In this document: positions 41,400 through 49,582 of the stretch, one piece after another
Layout of the letters: every line of letters begins with the position of its first letter
Numbering within the stretch: the stretch's first letter is position 1
IMG/VR virus record: IMGVR_UViG_3300011115_001056
Location: 68,564-132,563 of that record
Strand: one strand, 5' to 3'
DNA: 64,000 bases
Source: a virus
Made by a program: the position numbers and the translations under genes
The notes under the pieces: model-generated
Databases searched by the model: none
Seen by the model: the letters and a program-made list of their open reading frames with translations, nothing else
What the model was told of the DNA's origin: nothing

Positions 41400-41768
41400 A
41401 TGCAGGATTTTTTGCATCCAAAAAAAGTGGAAAAAGATTGGGGTTATGAATTAATTATCCATAATGATGAGATGTATTGTGGAAAAATCCTTTTTATAAA
41501 AAAAGGATTCTGCATAAGTCTCCAATTTCACAAAAAAAAGACAGAGACATTCTTTCTGCAATCAGGAGAGCTTCTCTGTAAATTTTCCGATCCTTCCGAT
41601 TTCATTAGTGCGGAAGAAACAAAAATCGTAAAAATGAAGGCGGGCGACGTAAAGGAAATCCCGGTAGGATTTATTCATCAGGTCCTTGCCGTTGAGGATT
41701 CTACAATTTTAGAGTTTTCAACTCAGCACTTTGATGATGATACTTACAGGCTAAGCAGATCATTTTGA
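41400..41768 (+). CDS. Cupin (mannose-6-phosphate isomerase-like)
   Basis: VEKDWGYE, YCGKIL, SLQFHKKKTETF, IP.G.IH and EFSTQHFDDD.YR motifs. Confidence 0.8.
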   Translation: MQDFLHPKKVEKDWGYELIIHNDEMYCGKILFIKKGFCISLQFHKKKTETFFLQSGELLCKFSDPSDFISAEETKIVKMKAGDVKEIPVGFIHQVLAVEDSTILEFSTQHFDDDTYRLSRSF

Positions 41769-41787
41769 ATGACCTGCTAATTGAAAC

Positions 41788-44220
41788 ATGCGAAACACAG
41801 GATATAAAATGACAAAGTTTTTAGATATCGAGATTGATCTGTCCAGAGACAGTCTGTTTGATGAGCTAGGACTGAAAAGACTCAAAGAATCCTATATGAA
41901 GGATGAAGAGTCTTCTCCACAGGAAAGATTTGCTTTTGTATCCAAATCCTTTGGGACAAATCTTGAGCACTCTCAAAGACTTTACGATTATTCCAGCAAA
42001 CATTGGCTAAGTTATTCCACGCCAATTCTTTCTTTTGGTCGTACCAAATATGGACTGCCCATTTCCTGTTTTCTATCATGGATCCCAGATACGGCAAAGG
42101 GCCTAGTGGATACTCTATCTGAAACTAATTGGCTATCCATGCTAGGTGGTGGAGTAGGACTTGGATTTGGAATTCGCTCTGCCGGAGATAAATCTACTGG
42201 TGTTATGCCACATCTTAAAACCTATGATGCATCTTCTTTGGCATACAGACAGGGGAACTGTTACCTTCCCGGCACAGAAATTCTAACATCTTCTGGTTGG
42301 AAGGCGATGGAGCTATTACAGCAAGATGATGTTGTTGCGGTTATTGATGACGACGGAAGTATTTCGTTTGAAATGCCACTAGAGATAGTAGCCGAAAAAT
42401 ATAATGGAAATATCATAAACTTTACAAATAAAACCCGAGGAATAGATATTTCTGTTACAGAAGATCACTCAATGGTTATTGAAAGGAAGATTAAATCTGG
42501 ATGGTCCAAAAGACTAGAAAAAGTTCGTGCTTCAGAACTCAAATTTCATAATGAAGTCAGGTTTTGGACTGCAGCAAAGCCAGCAAATTCTGCCTCTAAA
42601 CTAGATTCACTCACTCGTCTAAAAATTGCAGTTCAGGCTGATGCTCATATTAGGGCTGATGGTGTGTGTGAATTTCACCTAAAGAAAGAGCGAAAGATTT
42701 CAAGGATAAATAAAATCCTTTCAGATTTGAATCTAGAGACATGGCAAAGCGATCATAAGGATGGCACCGTATCTGTATATGCAAAGGGTATGAGTTTCGA
42801 TGGACTAAAGAGTTTATCTTGGATTAATTTATCAAAAGTTACTCCATCAGAAGCTGCAGCAATGCTAGAAGAGATTGCAGAATGGGACGCAACTAGAAAC
42901 AGAGGGCACAGCTTCATATACTTCAGCACCATAAGAGAGAATGCATCCGTAGTTCAATCTCTGGCCGTAATTGCTGGTCGCCCAAGTCGTATCTGCAATA
43001 GGAAGAGACAAGCTCCTCGCTTAAATATGCATTCGGTATTTGTTGGAAATAAAAATTATTTTCTTCTCGAAAAGCTTAAGAGAGAAAATATTCAATATAA
43101 CGGAATGGTTCATTGTTGTGTCGTTAGAACTGGAAAGATTGTCGTCAGGGCTGGAGAGACACCAATTGTTTGCGGCAATACTCGTCGCGGATCTTATGCT
43201 GCATATCTAGATATTTCTCATCCAGATCTAATGATGTTCTTGGACATGAGAAAGCCCACTGGCGATCAGAACATGCGCTGCCGCAATCTTCATCAGGGTA
43301 TCAATATCACTGATGATTTTATGAGAATTATTGAAAAGTGTATGCTTGATCCTGCTGCAGATGATAAGTGGGAATTAAAAGAACCCCACAATGGAGTAGT
43401 AAAAGAAGTAGTGTCTGCTAAGGAACTTTGGCAAAAGATTTTGGAACTTAGAGTTCAAACTGGAGAACCATATCTTCATTTTATTGATACCTCAAATAAA
43501 TTTATGCCTGAACACTTAAAGAAACTGGGACTAAAAATTAGACAGTCAAACCTCTGCTCTGAAATTCTTCTTCCTACGTCAGAAGAAAGAACTGCAGTCT
43601 GTTGCCTTTCCTCTCTAAACTTAGAGAGATTTGATGAATGGAAGGATGAGCCACTATTCCTTCGTGACGTAGCAGAAATGTTAGATAATGTATTGAATTA
43701 CTTTATTAAAAATGCTCCTGATGAAGTAAGTAGGGCAAAATTTTCTGCTATGCGAGAAAGATCGATTGGTGTTGGAGCATTAGGATTCCATGCCTATCTG
43801 CAGCAGAATAAGTTACCGTTTGAGAGTGCTCTTGCTAAGTCAGCAAATATCAGAATGTTTAAGCACATCAGAACAGGACTTAACGAGGCTAATATTGAAC
43901 TTGCAAAAGAAAGAGGTGAAGCTCCAGACGCAATAGGCACAGGGATGAGATTCAGCCACCTTATGGCGGTTGCGCCAAACGCCTGTGTTGTTGGAGAAAC
44001 AAAGATAATTATGTCAGACGGAACAACCAAATCGATAGAGGATATCGGAACGTCTCTCGATATTGACATGAGGTCATTTGACTATCTCACAATAAATACT
44101 GATGATGGATCAACAATGGAACTGCACCTCGGGCAAATGCTATTGATTGAAAGAGATGGCAAGAAAATATCAATAATAGCTGCAGAATTAATAGAGAATG
44201 ATGATATTTTAGAGACTTGA
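41788..44220 (+). CDS. nrdA: Ribonucleotide reductase class I alpha subunit, N-terminal fragment (contains a contiguous intein and ends in a split-intein N-half)
   Basis: ESSPQERF, LPISCF, GGGVG, RRGSYAAYL, TGEPY, QSNLCSEI, AVCCLSS and MAVAPNA motifs; start may be ATG 41809; no ATP cone seen. Confidence 0.93.
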   Translation: MRNTGYKMTKFLDIEIDLSRDSLFDELGLKRLKESYMKDEESSPQERFAFVSKSFGTNLEHSQRLYDYSSKHWLSYSTPILSFGRTKYGLPISCFLSWIPDTAKGLVDTLSETNWLSMLGGGVGLGFGIRSAGDKSTGVMPHLKTYDASSLAYRQGNCYLPGTEILTSSGWKAMELLQQDDVVAVIDDDGSISFEMPLEIVAEKYNGNIINFTNKTRGIDISVTEDHSMVIERKIKSGWSKRLEKVRASELKFHNEVRFWTAAKPANSASKLDSLTRLKIAVQADAHIRADGVCEFHLKKERKISRINKILSDLNLETWQSDHKDGTVSVYAKGMSFDGLKSLSWINLSKVTPSEAAAMLEEIAEWDATRNRGHSFIYFSTIRENASVVQSLAVIAGRPSRICNRKRQAPRLNMHSVFVGNKNYFLLEKLKRENIQYNGMVHCCVVRTGKIVVRAGETPIVCGNTRRGSYAAYLDISHPDLMMFLDMRKPTGDQNMRCRNLHQGINITDDFMRIIEKCMLDPAADDKWELKEPHNGVVKEVVSAKELWQKILELRVQTGEPYLHFIDTSNKFMPEHLKKLGLKIRQSNLCSEILLPTSEERTAVCCLSSLNLERFDEWKDEPLFLRDVAEMLDNVLNYFIKNAPDEVSRAKFSAMRERSIGVGALGFHAYLQQNKLPFESALAKSANIRMFKHIRTGLNEANIELAKERGEAPDAIGTGMRFSHLMAVAPNACVVGETKIIMSDGTTKSIEDIGTSLDIDMRSFDYLTINTDDGSTMELHLGQMLLIERDGKKISIIAAELIENDDILET
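42259..43179 (+). mobile_element. Contiguous intein (307 aa) with a LAGLIDADG-derived endonuclease region
   Basis: AYRQGN|CYLPGTEILT...VTEDHSM...IAVQADA...EIAEWDA...VHCCVV.TG..VVR...PIVCGN|TRRGSY; removal restores RQGNTRRGSYAAYL. Confidence 0.9.
43984..44217 (+). mobile_element. Split intein N-fragment (78 aa)
   Basis: MAVAPNA|CVVGETKIIMSDGTTKSIEDI (block A) through ELIENDDILET, followed by TGA TAG. Confidence 0.88.
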
Positions 44221-44227
44221 TAGCGGC

Positions 44228-44262
44228 GGCTCCTACTAATACAAAAAATAAAGGTAGGAGCC
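44228..44262 (+). promoter_or_regulatory. RNA hairpin sequestering the RBS of the endonuclease gene
   Basis: GGCTCCTAC (44228-36) pairs perfectly with GTAGGAGCC (44254-62), which contains the SD AGGAG for ATG 44271. Confidence 0.75.
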
Positions 44263-44270
44263 ACGGCAGT

Positions 44271-45608
44271 ATGAAGAATAATTTAAATAAAAAAATAGAT
44301 AAAATAAAGTCTTATAACCTTTTTTCCGATCTTGAAATACAGGAGCTTTTAAAATTAAAGTCAACAGAGATTTTAAAAATCTTAAAATGGAAAGAATGTG
44401 CAAAATTTGCCGGTATTGATGTAAAAATATCAGATTACATGAATCATCCAGATTGGAATACCATAACATCAATGTATGATTTTAATTATTACAAAATAAA
44501 ATATTCAAGTTATGACTATCATAAAATATATAATATTTCAAAATCAAAAATAATAAAAAAGAGAGGATCTATGTATGATCCTGAAAATATAGCAAAAAAG
44601 AAAAATATCTCAATAGAAGAGGCAACTCTTCTTTCGGAGAGAAGAAAGGATTCTACAAAAATAACTAAAGAAAATTTGATAAAAAAATATGGACCTGAAG
44701 TTGGCATTATTAAATATCAAGATTTTGTAAATAAATCGATGTCAACCATTGATAATTATAAAAAAAGATATGGTAACGACTGGAAAGAGAGGTGGGGTTA
44801 TTTTTTAAGCACAAGAGACTCCTCAAGCTTGAGTGCCTGCATTTCAAAGTATGGAGATGATGGTGAGAGAATTTTTGCAGAAAGAGTTCTTAAATTTAAA
44901 AAATCATCCGATATAAATTACTATATGGAAAAATATGGTGATGACGAAGGGCTTAAGATCTTTGAAAAAATAAACTCAATGAAGGCAGAGGGCGCAATCA
45001 GATCTTGGTCTTTTGAAGAGTTTAAAAAAAAGAATTATAATAATTCATCAGAAGAAGAGTTAAGGGAAATTTTTAATTTAAAATTAAAAAAAAGAAGCAC
45101 AAAGACAATAGAATATTTTCTTCAAAAAGGCTTCTCTCTAGATGATTCAAAAGAATTAAGGCTTAAGTCAATAGAGAAATTATATAGAAGCTCTGAGAAA
45201 AATTCACCAGTATCAAAAGAATCAATTAGGCTTTTTTCAGCACTGCAATCTGAGTTAAATAGAGTGTGTAAGTTTGGAACAAAAAAAGAAGAGTTATCAT
45301 TAAGATATGATGATAGGCTATATTTTTTTGATTTTTTTGATGAAAAAACAAATACAATAATAGAATATAACGGATCTATTTTTCATGCTCCAGAAAAACT
45401 ATCTATATCAGAAAGAGAGATGTGGAAGAGTAAGTATGGTTTAGGTTGGCACGATGTTAACAAGAAGGACAATCAAAAACTTGATGCGGCCAAATCGGCT
45501 GGGTACAATATTATGGTAGTCTGGGATTATGAAGTAAGGTCCAAGACAAAATTAAAAGAAAAGATAAAAGAGCTTGCAACTACCTTAGGAAGAACAAATG
45601 AAAGTTAG
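44271..45608 (+). CDS. Free-standing homing endonuclease, Vsr-like/EDxHD-type with KYG repeats
   Basis: C-terminal YFFDFF....IIEYNGSIFHA...KDNQK...A...GYNIMVVWDYE; repeated KYGxxG; AT-rich; lies between the split-intein halves. Start ATG 44271 has SD AGGAG. Confidence 0.8.
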   Translation: MKNNLNKKIDKIKSYNLFSDLEIQELLKLKSTEILKILKWKECAKFAGIDVKISDYMNHPDWNTITSMYDFNYYKIKYSSYDYHKIYNISKSKIIKKRGSMYDPENIAKKKNISIEEATLLSERRKDSTKITKENLIKKYGPEVGIIKYQDFVNKSMSTIDNYKKRYGNDWKERWGYFLSTRDSSSLSACISKYGDDGERIFAERVLKFKKSSDINYYMEKYGDDEGLKIFEKINSMKAEGAIRSWSFEEFKKKNYNNSSEEELREIFNLKLKKRSTKTIEYFLQKGFSLDDSKELRLKSIEKLYRSSEKNSPVSKESIRLFSALQSELNRVCKFGTKKEELSLRYDDRLYFFDFFDEKTNTIIEYNGSIFHAPEKLSISEREMWKSKYGLGWHDVNKKDNQKLDAAKSAGYNIMVVWDYEVRSKTKLKEKIKELATTLGRTNES

Positions 45609-45963
45609 AAGTGTGAAATTGAAACAACCTCAGTGGTTTGAATCAGAAAGTAATGTTGAGGTAAAAACATCATCTGGAACTGCAAAAGTAAATAAACTAT
45701 ATTTCAATGGTTATTCAGAAGTATTAGATCTTATTATGAAAAAAGAAGATCTAATTCATACTGCAAGATGCACTGCAAACCACAAATTCCTAACAATAAA
45801 TCATGGGTGGCTCAAGATCATTGAGCTGATTCCAGGAATGGAACTTACGGATGGCTGGTATGTAGAATCTGTACTTGCTACCAGAGAAATTATGCCAACC
45901 TTTGATATAGAGGTCCCAATAACACACGATTATGTTCTTGAAAACGGTGTGGTGACACATAAT
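45598..45963 (+). mobile_element. Split intein C-fragment (122 aa) containing blocks B, F and G
   Basis: MKVRSVK...VKTSSG..KV.KLYFNG...CTANHKFLT..GW...EL..G...PTFDIEVP..HDYVLENGVVTHN|SSS. Confidence 0.9.
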
Positions 45964-46503
45964 TCCTCATCAATTTTGATGGGAAATACTTCTCCTTCAA
46001 TTGAACCATTCAAGGCCAATTGTTATAGACAGGATACACTTTCTGGTGCATTTATGAATAAGAATAAATATCTTGATGCAATTATTAAATCAAAGTGTAA
46101 TGAGAATAAAAAGCTTGATTATCAAGATGTTTGGTCGAGCATTATTTCAAGCAACGGGTCTGTTCAGCACCTAGAAATCTTAGATGATTGGACAAAATCA
46201 GTCTTTAAAACTGCAATTGAAATTGATCAGAGATGGATTGTAGAGCACTCGGCAGACCGTCAGCAATTTATTGATCAGGGACAATCAGTTAACCTGTTCT
46301 TTATGCCAGACTCTAATGTAAAATATCTTCATGCAGTTCATTTTCTAGCATGGAAGAAGGGGTTGAGAACCCTCTACTACTGTAGATCTGAAAAGATTAT
46401 TAGGGCAGATAATGTTTCTCAAAAAGTAGAGAGAAATATAATTGAAGAAATAGATATGAAACAAATTGCTGAAGGCAACGAATGCCTGGCATGTGAGGGA
46501 TAA
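45598..46503 (+). CDS. nrdA: Ribonucleotide reductase alpha subunit, C-terminal fragment, led by the split-intein C-half
   Basis: After the intein: SSSILMGNTSPSIEP, GSVQHL, VFKTA.EIDQ, IDQGQSVNLF, LYYCRS and C-terminal ECLACEG. Confidence 0.93.
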   Translation: MKVRSVKLKQPQWFESESNVEVKTSSGTAKVNKLYFNGYSEVLDLIMKKEDLIHTARCTANHKFLTINHGWLKIIELIPGMELTDGWYVESVLATREIMPTFDIEVPITHDYVLENGVVTHNSSSILMGNTSPSIEPFKANCYRQDTLSGAFMNKNKYLDAIIKSKCNENKKLDYQDVWSSIISSNGSVQHLEILDDWTKSVFKTAIEIDQRWIVEHSADRQQFIDQGQSVNLFFMPDSNVKYLHAVHFLAWKKGLRTLYYCRSEKIIRADNVSQKVERNIIEEIDMKQIAEGNECLACEG

Positions 46504-46504
46504 A

Positions 46505-47107
46505 GTGTTAGATACTATTTGTGATGTTTTAAAGGAATCATATAGAAGAGAATGGATTACAACTAGGGATGGCAACGCATCAATTAGAATGTACGGACAG
46601 CCATGGTTCCATGTAACTCCGTCTGGAACAAGAAAGAACCTTTTAAATTCCGATCTTTTAATCAAACTATCTTTACCAGATTTATTAAGAGATTGGGACA
46701 AAGATGGTGAACAGAAGTTTGCCAAAGGACTAAGTCCAACTGGAGAACTTCCTATGCATCATTTTCTGCAACAAAGTCATAACAAAACTAGGATGGTACT
46801 TCACCTTCATCCCACCTATACTATTGCTGCAATGCATAAGGGAGTTGATCTAATTCAGCTGGCAGCGGACTTTCCAGAGTTAAAAAGATATACTAAGGTA
46901 GGGCCATCGGCTCCAATTATTGAGCCCGTATCTATGGAGTTGGCACATGCCGTAGTAAAGCATATTGGACTTCAAGAGAACGGAGAGGTACTATATGATA
47001 TAGTCGGTCTGGATCGGCATGGCGTAGTTGCAATCGCAGATGATCCTTGGTCGGCGTTTGAGCACATTGAAAGGTTGGAGCATATTTGTAAGATCTATCT
47101 AAGCTAG
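46505..47107 (+). CDS. Class II aldolase/adducin family protein
   Basis: WITTRDGNAS, VTPSG, PTGELPMH, VLHLHP and HGVVA motifs; probable GTG start at 46505. Confidence 0.82.
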   Translation: MLDTICDVLKESYRREWITTRDGNASIRMYGQPWFHVTPSGTRKNLLNSDLLIKLSLPDLLRDWDKDGEQKFAKGLSPTGELPMHHFLQQSHNKTRMVLHLHPTYTIAAMHKGVDLIQLAADFPELKRYTKVGPSAPIIEPVSMELAHAVVKHIGLQENGEVLYDIVGLDRHGVVAIADDPWSAFEHIERLEHICKIYLS

Positions 47108-47115
47108 GAGATAAA

Positions 47116-47694
47116 ATGTTAGAAGTGGTTGTAGGATGCATGTTTTCTGGAAAGTCTGAAGAGCTAACAAGACGGTTGCGCCGTGCAAAAATTGCAGGTC
47201 TAAATGTTGTTGCATTTAAGCCGGCAATAGATAATCGGTATGACGCAGAGAAGATTGCAACACATTCTTCAGCCACCTTTGAAGCAAAGACCTTTAGGAA
47301 CTTTGAAGATTTAATTAATAAACTAATGTCTATGAGACAAACTAATGGGGATCGGTTTCCAGATGTCATAGGAATTGATGAAGCTCAATTCCTACCAAAA
47401 GACTTTGTAGCATTTGCAGAAATGCTCGCAAATTCTGGATCCGAAGTAATTATAGCAGGTCTAGACATGGATTACTTAGGAAAACCGTTTGGACCAATTC
47501 CAGAGTTGATGGCGATTGGAGACAAGGTTATAAAGTTAAGTGCTATTTGTGTTGCTGAGGACGAAAGCGGTAAAATTTGTGGAGAGCCTGCAACCCGATC
47601 CTATAGGCTGGCTGCAAAGAATACCGGGGAGCTTATCCAGGTTGGTACTACAGACTCGTATCAAGCAAGATGCAGAAAATGTTGGAATAAATAG
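47116..47694 (+). CDS. tdk: Thymidine kinase
   Basis: GCMFSGKSEEL, KPAIDNRY, IGIDEAQF, AGLDMDY...PFG and Y.ARCRKC motifs. Confidence 0.95.
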   Translation: MLEVVVGCMFSGKSEELTRRLRRAKIAGLNVVAFKPAIDNRYDAEKIATHSSATFEAKTFRNFEDLINKLMSMRQTNGDRFPDVIGIDEAQFLPKDFVAFAEMLANSGSEVIIAGLDMDYLGKPFGPIPELMAIGDKVIKLSAICVAEDESGKICGEPATRSYRLAAKNTGELIQVGTTDSYQARCRKCWNK

Positions 47695-47702
47695 GACTAA
47701 AA

Positions 47703-48680
47703 ATGAAGGCAAAGAAATTAAAGATTACCGAGGAACGTACTTACTTTAAGCCATTTAACTACTCTTGGTGTTATGAGGCTTGGCTGCAGCATGAGCAAGC
47801 ACACTGGCTTCACACCGAAGTGCCAATGCTTGAGGATGTAAAGGATTGGAAGAACCGCCTCTCAGATAAAGAGAAATATTTTTTAACAAATATATTCCGT
47901 TTTTTCACACAGGGTGATATTTCTGTCGCTGGAGCATACGTGAAGAATTATCTTCCAGTATTTCCACAGCCAGAAACAAGAATGATGCTTCTTGGATTTG
48001 CGGCTAGAGAGGCTCTTCACATTGCAGCCTATTCACATCTCATTGAAACTCTGGGTATGCCAGAGTCTACCTATAATGAGTTTCTTCAATATGCCGAAAT
48101 GAAGGAAAAGCATGATTATGTCGAAAGTTTTATCGCTCAAGATGAAGATACAATAGCTCAGCAGATTGCAGTATTTTCTGCCTTTACTGAAGGTATGCAA
48201 CTATTCTCCTCCTTTATCATGCTACTAAATTTCCCAAGACACGGTAAGATGAAGGGAATGGGGCAGATCATTTCTTGGTCAATAGCTGATGAAACATTAC
48301 ATTCGGAATCAATGATAAAATTGTTTAGAGCCTTCATTGAAGAGAATCGTCATGTCTGGAAAGATGAGCTAAAGTCACAGATCTATACCATTGCTACCAG
48401 AATGGTTGAGCTAGAGGATCAGTTCATCGATCTTTCCTTTTCAATGGGAACAATGGAAAATCTAACTGCAGAGGATGTTAAGAAATACATTAGATACATT
48501 GCTGATCGTCGTCTAATATCACTTGGACTAAAGGGAATATTTAAGATTAAAAAGAATCCTCTACCGTGGGTAGAAGAAATTATTAATGCTCCAACTCATG
48601 GAAACTTCTTTGAAAACAGAGTCACTGACTATGCAAAGGGTGCTTTGACAGGAACTTGGGGCGATGTTTGGGCTGGCTAA
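47703..48680 (+). CDS. nrdB: Ribonucleotide reductase class I beta subunit
   Basis: FKPFNY.W, FRFFTQGD, REALHIAAYS, FTEGMQLFSSF, DETLH and NFFENR.TDY motifs. Confidence 0.95.
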   Translation: MKAKKLKITEERTYFKPFNYSWCYEAWLQHEQAHWLHTEVPMLEDVKDWKNRLSDKEKYFLTNIFRFFTQGDISVAGAYVKNYLPVFPQPETRMMLLGFAAREALHIAAYSHLIETLGMPESTYNEFLQYAEMKEKHDYVESFIAQDEDTIAQQIAVFSAFTEGMQLFSSFIMLLNFPRHGKMKGMGQIISWSIADETLHSESMIKLFRAFIEENRHVWKDELKSQIYTIATRMVELEDQFIDLSFSMGTMENLTAEDVKKYIRYIADRRLISLGLKGIFKIKKNPLPWVEEIINAPTHGNFFENRVTDYAKGALTGTWGDVWAG

Positions 48681-48704
48681 TCATCTAATATAGTATCATA
48701 TATC

Positions 48705-49226
48705 ATGAAGATAATCTTATTAAGAAAATTAGCATCAGAATTACAGAAACTTTCCAGTTCTGATGCTTCAAAAAAGACTAATAATCTTGCCGATATTATG
48801 TCTGGAAAGAAAAAAATAATCAAAACACCAAAAGCCCTTTTTGGATTCCTGCGAGATAACGAAGATCTAAAGATCAACATAGACTCTCCTAAGGGATCTA
48901 AAAAGGGCTTTGGTGATAAGAAAAGGGTACTGCCATTTGATTATGGTGAGATTGTTGGAATCATAAATCCTGCAGACAACATGGGATGGGATATCATCTT
49001 CCCTCCATCAAAAGAACCAAGGGGAAAGAAAATGACCCCCGTTGGTATAATCAAAGTGAATGACGATGAGGAGGTATGGAAGGAGAAGGCAAATAAATCT
49101 CCACCAATTGGAAATGACAAAATAATAGTTTCAAATGATGGTAAAATATCAGAAGAGGATAAAAAAATCATATCAGAATTTTTTGAACCAATGTGGCAAT
49201 TTAAGAAAATAAAGTGGTTAGATTGA
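48705..49226 (+). CDS. Hypothetical protein, inorganic-pyrophosphatase-like fold
   Basis: IDSPKGS...LPFDYGEI....AD..GWDI..., NDKII resembles PPase motifs (PKGS, YPxNYG, DGDPLD, DxK). Confidence 0.45.
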   Translation: MKIILLRKLASELQKLSSSDASKKTNNLADIMSGKKKIIKTPKALFGFLRDNEDLKINIDSPKGSKKGFGDKKRVLPFDYGEIVGIINPADNMGWDIIFPPSKEPRGKKMTPVGIIKVNDDEEVWKEKANKSPPIGNDKIIVSNDGKISEEDKKIISEFFEPMWQFKKIKWLD

Positions 49227-49582
49227 AAAAGATATTTTTATCAGATTTAGAGTCATGGAATAAGGTCTTAAACGAAGAGTCATCCGAATGGGTTCGATTA
49301 GTTATAAAGCATGTTGGTCTAGATGAAAATATTGTATTTCACAATGACAAAGGAAAAGCCGTTAGTTATTTGGTTCAAAATAAAACTTTTATTGATTTTA
49401 ATATTGGAAATTCTTCAATAAGAATTTCAAAAGATGGTCAGACGATTGGTGAATGGAAAGATATCATCATAAAAACAAAGATTGAAGATGGATCGCCGTT
49501 TGCAGAAATATCTGTTGATGTTTGGTCAGTTAAAGATAAAATACAATCCACAGGTAAGGAAAGGTCTATAGGTAAAAAATAA
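49214..49582 (+). CDS. Hypothetical protein
   Basis: 122 aa ORF in an operon-like arrangement. Confidence 0.5.
   Translation: MVRLKKIFLSDLESWNKVLNEESSEWVRLVIKHVGLDENIVFHNDKGKAVSYLVQNKTFIDFNIGNSSIRISKDGQTIGEWKDIIIKTKIEDGSPFAEISVDVWSVKDKIQSTGKERSIGKK

Noticed and set aside
44217-44270. Track start of the endonuclease at 44217
   Set aside because: ATG 44271 has a proper SD; the upstream stretch is the regulatory hairpin.
44221-45597. Group I/II intron or ribosomal bypass rejoining the nrdA halves (same frame, 1377 nt gap)
   Set aside because: Only ~50 nt is non-coding, leaving no room for a ribozyme core. There is a double stop, the C-gene has its own ATG with a purine-rich SD-like sequence, and the intein halves explain the joining.
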